Assembly (NCBI GenBank): GCA_026023565.1
Contig: JAPETS010000032.1
Location: 124,001-188,000 of the forward strand
From: Cirrosporium novae-zelandiae
Lineage: Eukaryota
DNA length: 64,000 bases
Direction of reading: 5' to 3'
Of this stretch, positions 14,207-28,151 are shown one piece after another. Under the pieces are notes generated by a model. That model made no database searches, was not told the origin of the DNA, and saw only the letters and a list, made by a program, of their open reading frames with translations. Within the stretch, counting starts at the first letter, position 1. Each line of letters starts with the position of its first letter. The position numbers and the translations under genes were made by a program.

Positions 14207-15417
14207 GCTCAAAATACATTATATGTGTTTCATCCTTGTGATATTATGGTGCTTTAATTATGCAGGGGACCGGAATAGCGTGAATTGTGAACTGGATGCG
14301 AGCGTCCTGCATAGAACATAGTCGCAGACGCCAGCTGTTGACCATGTATCAATTGTATATATAGCAAAGGTGTGCAAAAAAGACTAAAGAAGACGATATA
14401 GTCTATAGCGTTAAAGCAGCAGGTAGCAGTTGAATATGGTGTGCTATTAGTCAATGTTTACTACACCGTCACCGACAGTATGTGATCCCAACTTATATCC
14501 GCCTGTACCGTCGTCGGGTTATGTGGCTTGTGCTTTCTTAAGAGAAGCGAAGCTTCATCGTGGGTAATTGATGTTCTCAATCAAGCAAGCAATTCAAATA
14601 GTCACGGCTTCGTCCCAATGCTTTTATTGTTTTTCTGTTAACCACTTTTGTAAGCTCCTTGCTTCTTAAAGCCCTGGATACCTAGGTAGTTAGGTAATTC
14701 CCAATAGATATGCCTTGGCCTTTCACCTTTGAGAGGTAGACTCGTGTGATATTATGCATTATCCGAGTCGCCACTAAAATGACACTAAATCCTGGAAACA
14801 TGCTCTTCAGTCCAGAATGTTAATGACAGACTTCAATGACTGGTACTCTGGTACTTAGTGCGGAGAGCTTATGGTAGTGCAGGTGTGGTAGAAGTGTTGA
14901 TTGGGTGAGGGACCTGGTTCGCACAGCGCCTAAATTTATCACAAGCTGAGAAACTGCAAGTCCTACTCGAGTAAAGCTCTTCCAGGCTCAAAAGAGCTTT
15001 TACAAGCTTGGGATATCATTCATTATTACCCACCGGATGCATCTATTACGAAGCATCTGATTTTCAGTTCGGTGGGACCTTTAAGAAAGGAGAGAGTAGT
15101 TCCCTTCCCATAATAATATTAAAATCCAGATGATATCCCGTGGGTTTCCCTTGGAACCCCAGAACCATCGGATCCACCGCCATCTGTTAATTAATTTGTC
15201 AAACTCTTGCCTGTCTCTCAATCAACTGTTTAACCTTCACGATCCTTTCATGTTTTCCTGTTAAAGTATTTTCTGTACTATATAACTATACAGCTACGCA
15301 ACAATCCTATTATTTGCTTAACAAAGATTCCTCGGTGATAGAGGGGCAGTGTCTGAGTCGACCAACACAAAAGCTGAAGCTGATTGGTTCTGACCTTCTG
15401 ACATCAGCCCTTCCAAA

Positions 15418-16562
15418 ATGGATCCCGATAGCTACGTCAACCACCAACAACTTGGTATAAGCCCTCCTGCAGATGACACGTCGAGGCAACGATTTTCTTT
15501 TATGAGCACGCCGGTTGAAATGCATGCGCCAAGCTTTCCGCAATTTCCAGGCCCAACAGAACCAGCTATTACCCAGTCTCCAACATCGCCAGAAGCTGAT
15601 CCAAACTTATCCGAGATATATTTAAGTGATCAGCAATCGCAGTCACAGTCGCAACCCAATTTCCTAACCACAAAGCAAATTAAGGAGGGTATTGAAATCC
15701 CAAACCTTCCTGTTCCCACCGAGCCTCATCCGGCATTTTTCGCACCCTACGCAGATCAAAATATAATGTCTCAGTCTTCTCCGCCCTCGGAAACGCCTCT
15801 AACACATTATCCGAGACAGGAATCGGATCGAGAGATTCCTCGACCAAGACCAATTTCTATGGAGAAAGATGCGCCTACATCTCCTTTAAGTCCTATCCAT
15901 CCCGTACATCAACCCGACCAACCTTGGAGTCCTCAGTCGCTATCTCAACCTATATATCATCAGAATACACTACCAACCTACAACCCTGACGCTACTAGTG
16001 GTCCCAACGGCGTGACGCCAAATATCCACCAGCCTGGTCAAATAGCACATCCTAATCAAAATCTAAAGGGAGGAACTTGGAATCATGGAATCTGTGGTGA
16101 TTGTGAGGACGTTAGTTCATGCTGTATTGGGTTAATTTGTCCATGTGTATTGTACGGTAAGACAGAATATAGATTGTCACAAAAATCCTCAAAGAAGGAT
16201 GCAACAGACCTGCTGGGATACGAATCTTGTAATGGTTCCTGCTGCTTATTTGGGGTCATATGCCCCCTGTCTTGTAAGGATAGCTCTATCGTATTGTTAG
16301 CTTTGTTCTCTGCGCTAACCTCTAGTTAGGTATCTTAACGGCTGTTCAGCGACTCCGAATTCGGAAGATGTATAGAATCCAGGGATCGATATTTAGCGAT
16401 TGCGCGCATTCTTACTGCTGCCCTTGTGTTCTAATACAAGATGAAAAGGAGGTTAGATACCGTGAGAGATCCGCCCAGATCAATAGTGGCCTCGCCATGG
16501 GGGCAGGCACTACGGTCTATGTGTCGCCTCCTGGAATGGAATATGCTCCTCCACCCCGTTGA
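15418..16562 (+). CDS. PLAC8 (DUF614) Cys-rich family protein with Pro/Gln-rich N-terminus; exons 15418-16273 and 16330-16562
   Basis: Motifs WNHGICGDCED.SSCCIGLICPCVLYGKT and QRLRIRKMYRIQGSIFSDCAHSYCCPCVLIQDEKEV. Confidence 0.9.
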
Positions 16563-18433
16563 TTACGCTCATGAGTCCCTTACGACGTTAATCTAGGTGA
16601 CAAGTGGAGATGAGGCCAAATCCATGCTATAGAAGCATGTCATAGATAAGGGAACCCGTTATTTGGAATTAGAATGAGGACCAGTGTTCTCAATCCAAAG
16701 TTGAGGGTATTCGATAGTCCGAGAACGGGCAACCGAAGAGTTGCAGCGGCGACGAGAACATGAGTTATGATGCAGTATTCACAAGTCGGTATTCGCATAT
16801 ATGAGGGCTTCAAGCATAGCATCATCAGGCTAGAGAAGAACTCCAAATTTCGATTAAAATGGGCATTGCCGTTTGATATCGGGAGTGTTCCTAGCAAAAA
16901 GACCAAGGTAATAGGTTACCATCTTGAGTATCACACTTCTGGTTTGGACTTGGCTGGAAAAATGGCGAATCAATAAGCAGAGGGTTAACCTTGACCGGAA
17001 AAAAACAAATTCTTTCGGATGGTAGAGGAAATAAACGGGTAGTCCGGGAACAATCCACGTTGGTGCTGAATTAATTAGAGGGTTTTTTAACCGTGGACCG
17101 AGGAAATCGGAGTTGATAATATATGAGAGAAAAAAAAAACATCAATCCAATACTGGGCAAAAAAGCCGCACTGCTCAGAGATAAAGCGATAAAGAGGGGC
17201 CGATTTTTACCGACAGCAATGCAAGTCTTGGTGGAGATGGAGAAACCTTCTCAATCTCAGGCCGTACTAGATTAATTGTTGATGTTTGAACTCCGTAAAT
17301 GGGGCTTCCATCATATATTTACATGTCAAGGTGGGTGATATAAATGGATGGGGGTGAGCTGGAGTTGCATCTTAGATGAATTGATAATGAGATAGATCTA
17401 GAGAAGGTGTGGGGGGGGTTGGACCAGTTGACTGCAATAGAAGTGACTCTATTCGATCAACGGCTCAGATGTATGAGAACTTGTAGGATATGAAATGCAA
17501 AACACCAAATGTTACGTGGTAACTAACTGGTAACTGACTGATAACTTGGTAACTGGTAACTGGTAGAGGCAAGAGGGGGGTTAACGGGGTTAAGAATGTA
17601 ACCTAAATGGTTAAGCAAAAAGGCCAGCTCATCATCTGTGGAGCGGTAGAAAGATAAAATCAGCAGTTCAGGGTACTTTAGTCGAGATATGAGTGATGGA
17701 AGCGAAGTGGACAGAATTGCCAATAATTCAATAATTGGCCCATGTCACACACACACACTCACCGCGGTTTCTTCTTCTAGAAAGTAGAATCAATTCCAAA
17801 GTAAATGATGGAATTTCTTTCCCCCCCTTTGTTCTATGTGGACTTTTGTAATAAGATGGGATATTCTTGGGGGGCACTGGGGGTGTTCTTGGGGGGGCTT
17901 TTGGGGCTGATGGGGGTAGGCTTGCAATCTCCGGGTGAAGGTGAGCCGATTTCTGGGAAGGAAATCTCGGGGTCCCGATTGGGCCGGGGGAATACTTGGA
18001 CCTACTCGAAAGCTTAGTAAATCCACTAAATCCCCAACGAATTGAAAATCATCTAAGAATCCCGCCCTAGTCCCTCTTAGTCGTCCCTAGTCGTCCTAGT
18101 CTTTCTAGCCTTCCTTTGTTGCCGCAATCAGCACTGGTGGGCAAGAGAAGCCCGTTGTTTAAGGATTCCACTTATGATCTCACTTCAACACCATAGCATT
18201 TTGGGCCTGCGGAGCTCCTTTTCTTCGTTGTGAGTTCTCGACAACAACATTCCATGTTACCATTACAAACAAAAGCTAATTGACCTTCTACTCCAGATGC
18301 CTTATTTCTTCATACCTAGAACGGACTCACCATGAGGTCAGTCCGAATGAGGTTCGACAAGGAAAGACTCTCGCGCAGCTCCAGAGTGCGCCCCCAGTAT
18401 ATGATGCCTGGCATCTGTGAATAGCCCTTCAAC

Positions 18434-21400
18434 ATGGCATTCGTCAACCCAGGCTTCCTTCTAGGTATCCTTGTTATCCTTTACCTATTTACCTTCGTAC
18501 TCTTCGCCATCCTTCGTATCATTGCCGGAATATCTGTTCAAAGGATTGGCTACTTCTCCCTCCGGCGCATATCGTATACTTTGAAAGAAGGAATTATCAT
18601 TAATATTCATTCCCTTGGACTTCAAATACACCGTCCAACTCTTACCCGACCTACCTGGCTTACCCTCCGAATAACCGGTCTATCAGTGACCATCGAATCA
18701 AAGACATTAAAAGAACAAGGCAAAGATGGAAATAGTATTTCAGTGGAAGCGAAGGCCCCGATTACTCCACAGCCGGATATTAAGGTCAAGCCCTCTACCA
18801 GTCCGGTCGAATCATCAGAAAATGTACAACCCACCGGCGCAAATGAGCCTGCTAGTCACAGTGATGCTTGGGTTAAGCTCACTCGGTTAAAAGAGAAGAT
18901 TAAACTTCTCCACAGGAAGATACAATGGCTACAGTTGATTGATGTACATGCGACGGAGAGCTCCTGTATTTTTCCAGGGGTAGCAGAATTGCAAGTGGGA
19001 TCGTTTCTTATGCTAGTGGATACTAGACGACGAACAGTGGACAGGGGACGCCTTTTCAGACACAAAAAAGAGCCCGTGGGAAATCAAAAGCCAGCAGAGT
19101 GGATGTTGATCATGAATGGTGTTCTCTTTGCTTCAGAAGGGAAAGAATCTATAGAAATTGTGGACTTGGCAACTCTCAACGTTCATGGTCTTCTAATCCC
19201 CGAACTCGATGGTTTACGGGATGCCTCCATCTCTCTTAAACTTGGCCGGGTTCATATACCTTACGATGACTTCATCGGCTGTTACCGTCTTCTAACCCCT
19301 GCCACCATTCCATCGACCCCTCCAAAGTCTCCGAATCAAGAAGGCGGGGTCCTGTTTGATCAATTAGTGGGAGAGTTGGAGAAGCCTGAAAGCCATGAGG
19401 ATAAAATTATCCAGACTGTGTCCGACTCAAAGAATTTCGCGAGTTCCATCCTAGGCGGGATTCAGGAAATCCAGTTGGGGATCAGCTTTATCGGGATGTC
19501 GACCCAAATCCATTCACTAAAGACTACATCTTCCCCAATGTATCTCAATGCTGCTATGAACGAGTTCGGAATCGACCTTCACCGACTAGACTCCAAAACA
19601 CCTGCCCATCGAATGTATTTTCCGAAGGATGATGTTGCTCATCAAGCTTTGCTGGCAGCAATTTCTATCTCAATCAGTGTGGACGATGGCCGAGGTAGTC
19701 CAAACCGCTTGATTTATATACCAATGGCCACTACAACAATCAAGACAACTCTCCCATCCAAAACAGTTACCTCCTCGGACGATAAAGATGCTGCCACTCG
19801 TAATTCTAATATCCTTTTCGCAAACCTTGTGATGACGTCTCCTTCGGTGGATCTCGATCCGAGGCATTTACCTATTGTGCTCACCCTATTTCAATCCAAG
19901 AAGTCTCCGTCCCCAGTTGCACATAGGCGAGGCCATCTAATTTCGCGCCTTCTTCCAAAAGCCAACGTAAAATTTTCGATACATGAACCCGTATTAAGGA
20001 TTGTTTTACCACCAACCGCTGACAATTCCAAAGACAGTGATGACTATGAAATGCTAATTGCCTCAATATCATCAATATCATTAGATGTTGAATCATGCCA
20101 TTCGTCCGGAGGCGCCCTTCATTACTCTCTCGCTTCATCTGTGAGAGTATCATCTCACGAATTTTATTACCAGACATCGCTAGGTGAAAGACACAATCTG
20201 CTCATGTCAGAGAGCTTGGAACTGAAGGTACAGATGAGTGCCTCACCGGAAGTTTATATAGTGGCGTCTGGAAATATACGGTCTGTGTCTATGCACATGG
20301 TGAAGCCAGAGGTTAGTTTAGGCATTCGACAATTTATGCGGCAACTGAGACAGCGCTCTGGTGATGAAAAATCCCAAATCCCCAATTCCGCTAAATCTAG
20401 CGTGTTAAGGCGACTCCCTCCATGGCTCCTCGAATTTTACTTCGAGGGATCAGATATAAGCTTGGAAGTTGCTGGAATTGATGCAGATATTTCAAAGTGT
20501 ACCAGAGGCGTTGCCCTTCAATTAGAGTCATGGAGTGCCGAATACAAGGCACAGAAAGATGACCCAACCCAGAAACGTCAGTCTAGGAGACGTACAATAA
20601 GTCGATCAATTCCTGCTGATGATGCCATCTTCCTCCGAGTAAGCCCGCCCGCGCCTGCCCGTAAAAGGTCTGCAGACCAGACCGATGGTAGGCGCCTTGC
20701 CCTCCATGTCCGGAATCTCGAAGGGTTTGTTATCGAATCCTTAGACGTTTGGGAACCGGAGAACTTCCTTTCACTGCCAAGGTTCGAAGTCGCATTATCA
20801 ACATCTAATGATAGTCATGGTCCTATATTCCATATCAATTCTTACCTTAGATCATTTTTCCTAAACTACTCACTTTATCGGTTTTATGCTATAGGACTAG
20901 CAGCTACCGTTCTACAACAAGCCTTCAGAATCCATCCCTTCCCACCTACCAAGGATCCAGATACTACCCCCTCAAGTCCGGGTCTTTCTCCTTCGTCACC
21001 TAGTCATGCCCATATGCGGAGTTCGTCGACAAACCTAGAAATTACGGTAGTTGACGTCAAGGCTACCGTTATCCAGATTAAAGGAACAATGCCCCTAGAT
21101 CCTCCAATGATGCTTCAAGTTTATGGGCTTGAGGCTGGTCGTCATAGATGGTCGGCACCTTTTTTGAAAAGTAAACTGCTACGCCTCTATGCTGAAGCAC
21201 CTAAAGTGAAGCGTGTGTGGGCGCGGATTGTTTCTGTTAAGAACCTACGGGTGGATCTGCGACGAAACCGTAAAAAACGTGGCAAAGAAATTATTGAGGA
21301 AAAGTCTGTTGATTTAGCAATGGACTTTATACGCCTAGGCATTCCACATCAGCTTGTTATGCATCACATTTTTGACAATTTTGTTAATACTATGAAAGCG

Positions 21401-24400
21401 ACAGATCAATTGATACACCGGTTTAAGACTGGCACTAACGAATATGTTCTCGAGAAGTTGCCTGTGGGGCCAAAACGCGTTCCCAGGATATCTGTGCGCA
21501 CAAAAAGTCTAGCTTTCGAAATCGAGGATAGCCCATTTGAGTGGAAACTTGGATGCATCTATAGAACTGGTCTCTTAGAACAAAAACAGAGACTTGCTCG
21601 TGAAGAAGCTTTTAACCTTAAGGCGAAGAAACTTGAAGAACTTGAACATCGTCGTGGTACTTCTCGTTATCGGGCTCAATCCTCTCACTTATCGGGTCGT
21701 CCTCGAACCCAAGGCTCTACGAGACCTGAAATGAGACCACGGAGCAAAAGCGTAGATCCCCATGCCCGCCAGCCATCACCTTTGGGGCATCGTCGTGGTC
21801 GGTCAGTGCGATATGACACTAGCGGAAGATGCGGGTTTACCAGCTCTGCTCGAATATCTATCGAAGAGGCTCGACTCAAATTACAACAACATAACGCACA
21901 GAGCTGGAAGAAGAGAATTGACGCCACCCTCCGTTCTCAAGGAACTGCGATAAACGATATTCGATCACTCTTCTGGGGTGCAGATGAAATTACAGATGAT
22001 GAAGACTGCAAGGAACCAATCCTCAGCTTACCCGCACGACCAGGTCTTATGACAGCACTGGTTAGTGATGTGCATCTAATACTTGATAAGCCTTCTTTCC
22101 CCATACAGGAGTATCCCAAGTTTCTACATAAAATAGGCAAAGGAATGCCATTAGATATGAAATATGCACTGCTTGTTCCGGTGGGGATTCAACTCCACAT
22201 GGGTGAGGCGCGGGTCACTTTGCGGGATTATCCAATTCCCTTCTTACACGTCCCTGCAATTCGCGCCGGTCAGTCCCCACGGCTCCCTAGCTGGTCAGTG
22301 AGAACCGACTTTGTCGTTGCAGAAGAATACCGTGACTCTGAGTCAATGCGTTATGTCAAAGTAGATATAATACCGCCGGACAGCAGTGGCCAGCGTGAAC
22401 CCGCCGCAGGGTTTGCCGTCAACGTCAAACGAACGGTGTCTCCTGTTAAAACCTATTCAGAAATGGCGATCGAGGTGAATTCGAGTTTGCCAACTTGCAT
22501 ATCATGGGGAACTTCATACCAGCCTGTTATACAGGATATGATGATGGTGTTTGAGGGTTTCAGTAAACCACAAGTGGATCCTTCGGACCGCGTGGGTTTC
22601 TGGGATAAGATCCGAATTAGTTTTCATTCTCGGATGGTGGTATCTTGGAAAGGCGATGGTGATGTCCATCTAAGACTCAAAGGTTCACGGGATCCTTATG
22701 CCGTCACTGGTTTTGGATCAGGATTTATCATGTGTTGGCGTAACGATGTCAAGTGGTTGATTCATGCATCCGATGATCCAAGGAAATTTATGCAGGTCTT
22801 GAGTGGGGAATACGTCCTTGCAATACCGGATTATAGTAAGGCGGCCCGACAGGCGATGGAACAAAAAGACCAAGATTCGGAAAGCGTGAACAGCGGCTCC
22901 AGTACAAACAGCAGCAATCTCAGGAGTGCTCTGAAGTTTAGAAAAGTTGTCATGAAACTTTCTGGAAATGTTGAATGGACAGCCGGTTTGATGGTTGAAC
23001 GAAACACGGATGATGGTCAACGTTCTTTTGATTTCAAACCGCACTATGAAATCGTTTTGAAAAATCCCAAATTTGCTAAACCCTCAAACGGTCAAGCATA
23101 CGATGCCTTTAGAGGATTCCGCAGCCATCATATTCATCTTTCTCTATCGATTGTTGCTCCAGTCGATCGTGACTGGTCCGTCCATAACGCAAAGCCTTCG
23201 ATGAGCTACAATACTGTCCACCTCACCCCTAAGCTCTTTACCCATTTCTTCTCCTGGTGGACAACTTTCTCCGGTCCTATGGCACTCCCTGTGCGCCAAG
23301 GTAGACTCTGGCCTGGGGTGGAAAAAAGCAGTAAAAAATTTGGACGTCACTTGGCTACAATCAAATACAACCTCCTTCTATCACCCGTCTTTGTTGCGCA
23401 TATCTACAAGCATAAAGATGCTGAAGACTACGCCGAGCAAGATTTTGCCGCTACTGGATTGAAACTTCGAATTGATAGCTTTATGCTTGACCTTCACCAA
23501 CGTCGAGAAGAATTCACTACTCAAATCAAAGGGCAACCCGGGAGGGTCAATACTAGTGCAATGCGCATCAATCAAACGCAATTAGATATGATGTCGGCTG
23601 ATGTTAGGGCTGTTTCGGCCACCATTAGAGGGACATCGGTCAATGACATTAAACAAGCATCGGATGAGTCTCTAGCATCGTTCCAAGAGCCTACGTCGAC
23701 AGTTGATCTATCCAAATTTACCATCCCCGACAAAGATTTCTCATGGATTGATATGGACGATTTTGTGGAGACAGATTGGATACTGCCAGATGAGCCAAAC
23801 CCAGAAACACAGATACTACCACTCGCATTCGCCCCTCGCTTCACATATTTTCGCCAGACGGATCATAACGACAATATCTCTAGGGACACATCGAGATCAA
23901 GTCCCTTTGGGAATGAACCAACTCATTTCTGTATCATGTCTGAAGAGAACGATCCCCGCCGTGTTCAGTTGGATCTAATCAAGGAACGACTTGAGAGTCT
24001 TGAAGAGCAAATGGCTAAACATCGAAGGGAGATAGGGGATCAAGAACTACGGGTCATCCAAGATGGTCATAACATGGGTGGCGCACGAGAACGATTGGAG
24101 ATGCTTCTTGACCAAGACAAGCTCCTAAACAGAAAGAAGACTTTCTTACAGTCAGGCATGTATAATCTCTCACAGCAACTAAAAAGCAACAACTCTCACC
24201 CAATATCCGCTGCGGAATTTCAGAAACAACCATTCTCTAATAGACCCCCGACGCAAGATGAAAACCTCGAATCTGCACCATTTTCAGACTTTATCAGTGA
24301 CTTTAATAATCGATTCATTGTCCATAATATGCAGCTCAAGTGGAACAACTCCCTACGCAATATAATTCTCCGATACATTCACCAAGTTAGTCAACGACGT

Positions 24401-27216
24401 GGTTATGTGTACTACATGTCGCGAAAAGCTGTCAAGTTCATTTTAGATATCATTGAGGAACAAAGTAAATCTAAAGAAACGCACGGTGACATACCTCGAT
24501 CTTCCACCGAAGAAGGACCGGAGCCAAGTTCCCCTGCAAGTGAAGCTAGCCTCAACGATAGCCTGGAAGACCGTATACATCATATAATAGATCGAGGATC
24601 TAGATATGTTGACTCAAAGAACGAAGATGTGAAAGCAAAAAAGAAAGCAGAGGTCTCCGGAGAGAAAGGTGAAGATGTTGTGTCTGAAGAGTTTGCTCTT
24701 CAGAACAGTTATCATGTCCGGCTGATAGCCCCACAAATTCAATTCCAAAGCGAGAAAAGCCCGAAATCTTGTGTGCTTGTCACTGCTGAGGGTATGCAGC
24801 TCAAGGTTATTCAAGTAATGGACAAGGACCGCATGACAGATGATATAAGTGGTCTAGTCCAGAGAAGATTTACCATGCATATGGATGGTGCACAGTTCTT
24901 CGTTTCTTCCCAGAAGAAGGTCTTGAAGAATATCAATCTTTATTCTGGTAACCGTTATGGCAACCCTAAAAACTCGGCCTGGCCTCCTTGGGTATCTCTA
25001 GAGGTCATGTTTGACTTTGATTTAAACCCTGTTGGGTTTGACCGTGTCATTCAAAGAACATCTGCTTCACTGCGATATGACAAATTCAATACCCTCCGCC
25101 TCAAGTCAAACGACGAGGTAGCCAGTGGTGATCAGAGCATCAATCACAGCCCGGACAGGGATGAAAATGATATGGATCGCCTTTGGTTTGATTTCCCCAA
25201 GATTAGGGCTGTCTGTGACTCGTCACAATACTATGCAATCTATCTTGTGGTCCTCGATCTTTTAATGTATAACGAACCACTGGAAAAGGTTAGAAGTGAA
25301 AGACTTGAGAAGATTATGCTTGCATCGGATTTCAGCGATCTTAGAGGAGCTCCTGAAATGGTAATTAGCCTTCAGAATCGGATTCAACAGCTAGAAGAGA
25401 TTAAAACCCACTTCCAAGTCAACGAAAAATATCTTGATAGGCAAGGATGGCAAGATCGCCTTGCTGTCGAGCAGGATCTAGCAAGCTGCGAAGACGAGCT
25501 TTTTTTTATGATGAAAGCTATTACTACATCACAACGCAGACCAGAGGAAAGAGCTACGGAGCAGACGAGTGGGCTGCTAAGATGGAATTTATCCGCGTCC
25601 GAATTGGTGTGGCACCTTATGAGGGAGAAAAATGAGCCTTTGATGGAATTCCAGTTAAGAGAAGCCAACTTTCAGCGTACCGACAACAGCGATGGATCGA
25701 ACTACAACGAAATGACCATCAAGCACATTAGGGGATTAAATCTACTCCCAGATACTATCTACCCGGATATGATAGGCCCGTTTTTTGAACAAAACCAAGA
25801 TCCTTTGGATTATCAAGACGTAACGATGTTTCAGATGCAGTGGTGCATGCTTGAAGCCATTGCAGGCATTCCGGTTCTTGATGACTTTGAGGTTACGTTG
25901 TTTCCTATGAGGATTCAATTAGAACGGGAGACAGGGAAAAGGCTTTTTGAATATGTATTCCCTGGTATTGGCGCAAAATCCTTCGACAATAACAGTGGTG
26001 TGTCGCCTCTCCTGGTAAAACATAAACCACCTTCGGCTGAGGACCAGGATTCCGATGAAGAGGGCCTAGAACAGGAGGGCATGGAAATGAGCCAGACTGT
26101 TGGTGATGAAAAAAATAGATCAGAGCCACACACTCGAACGGGCTCTCTTGATCTCCGCCTTAGGCCAACTCTTTCCCTTCCCCCTTCACCGCGACCTTCT
26201 ACCTCCCCCAGACCGAAGGGGAACGAGCATCCCTTACGGTTATTTCAACAACAGCAGGAAAGACCAACTACAAGTCGCTCAACTACTCGCGGTATGAGCA
26301 AGAAATCGTCAGCTGACAGTCTACGTCTATTAGCACGCCGTTCCACTAGCTCGTCCAATAACACAACAAAGACCGGCCAAGCGGAGAAGGAGAAGACAAA
26401 GCGATTCGCTCTTCCTCGATCATCCTCTAAGGAAGAGAAACCCTCTGATGACCTAACCCAGATGATGACTCGAGCATCCAATTATATGATCCTAGCTCAT
26501 GCTAAGGTTCCAAGTGTCGTCCTTTGCCTAAGTTATAAAGGCCGAGGTGAACGTAATATCGAAGATGTACATGATTTTGTGTTCCGCCTACCACCTCTTG
26601 AGTATCGCAACAAAACTTGGTCTAACCTTGACTTGGCATTGCGACTAAAGAAAGATGTTATCAAAGCACTCATCTCTCACACCGGAGCCATAATCGGAAA
26701 TAAATTTTCGCATCACAGACCAAATAAGGCAAAGGTCAGCCATCTACGGGAGATGGTCAACTCATCGCAACTGCTACCAAACACTGATAGTTTAACAAAC
26801 CCTGCCAGTGATTCAAGCAGCATGTATGGCCCAAGTGTGATAGAGGGTCGACCGAGTTCAGAATATTCTCGAACGGACTCGTTTACATCTAGTATCCAAT
26901 CGGTCAATACGACAAGCCCTGTCGATCAGCGTTCAATTCGAGAACCAAATCCCCAGGCCTACGGAACCAATGGCCATTTGGATGTTCCTACTAATTCTGC
27001 TTCTGTCAGAGCCAACGGTGGACTAGAAGTTCCTAGGCCGTTCTCTCGTAATTTTACTGGTGACACCATAAGGGCTCGGCGGAGAGCAAGCTCGGCGGAT
27101 GAGCCTGAGGATAAGTAAGTTCTTTCCATTCCGAAAGCGTCCATGATCTAACATGTTATAGTACTCAGAGAAAAAGTGTCCTACTCCTCGGAAAAAAGCT
27201 TCTTTCTCGTAACTAA
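18434..27216 (+). CDS. FMP27: Bridge-like lipid transfer protein 2 (Hobbit/Fmp27/APT1 family); exons 18434-27114 and 27162-27216
   Basis: About 2,900 aa with an N-terminal TM segment, GFWDK motif (RVGFWDKIR), WPPW motif (SAWPPWV) and C-terminal Apt1 region (LEYRNKTWSNLDLALRLKKDVIKALISH). Terminal GTAAGT...TAG intron at 27115-27161. Confidence 0.93.
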
Positions 27217-28151
27217 TCGCAGTCGACCATCTCGTCGTTTCGTATGACTTCCGGATGTCTTCACTTGGCTCGTCCGGCTATGTATATATATATATATTTC
27301 CAGCTGTCGCTGGCTTTGAGTTTTTTGTACTTGTATGGCGTGAATGCGGCTACTTTAATTGCATCTCTCGGCGTTGATGTGCGCGGTGGAAGTTATGAGC
27401 TCCTCGGACGCGATCAAAATAGAAGGAAAGTGAGTCTTGTTGGTATTTCTGTGATGGATAAAGGGGTGCTTTTTGGACTTATGACGATGGGTTGGATTGG
27501 AGTATCACTGGCGGTTGATCACGTTCATTCGGATATATGACAAACCAAAAGCGATCTCTGGGATAGATAGCAGGAAATCGGAGCCTTCGTTTGGAGGGTT
27601 TGCATACATATGTTTAATGCAGTAAATAAATTCATATTCAGCCTCTTGTTAATTACAGTGGTGGTCCGGTTTAAGTTAAATTTTAAGCCTCAGTTGGGTG
27701 TCAATCCTTCCCGGCCTTTGAAACACGCGCTATGCATCCAGGTGACCGCCGGTTACCACCAAGTCCAAGACAAGAATCAATTTCATTCTTTTAAAAATCC
27801 AATCCTGCAAGGCTTTCAATCTGGCTGTCTGTAATTCTACGATTCGCAGCTTCGGCTTCCTATTCTACTACCACTCTTAATGTTCATCTGTGTGGGTTTG
27901 TTCTTCTATTTCCAGTCAGAGCGGAGCTCCTTGCCAACCTTGCGGCTGAGGCGGAGTAACAGGGCTTGGTGACAACTTGCATAGTACAAGTCACAACCCA
28001 CCAACCATCCATCTCTTCATTTCTATTCTCAGAAACCTGAATTTAAATAAATTACTTTAGTCTCTATATCAGGCCTTCAATCCTCAAATAATTAATTGAG
28101 AGAGTTGTGAGATCACCTTACAACTCAGCTGGCACCCACCACGAGGTCCCA

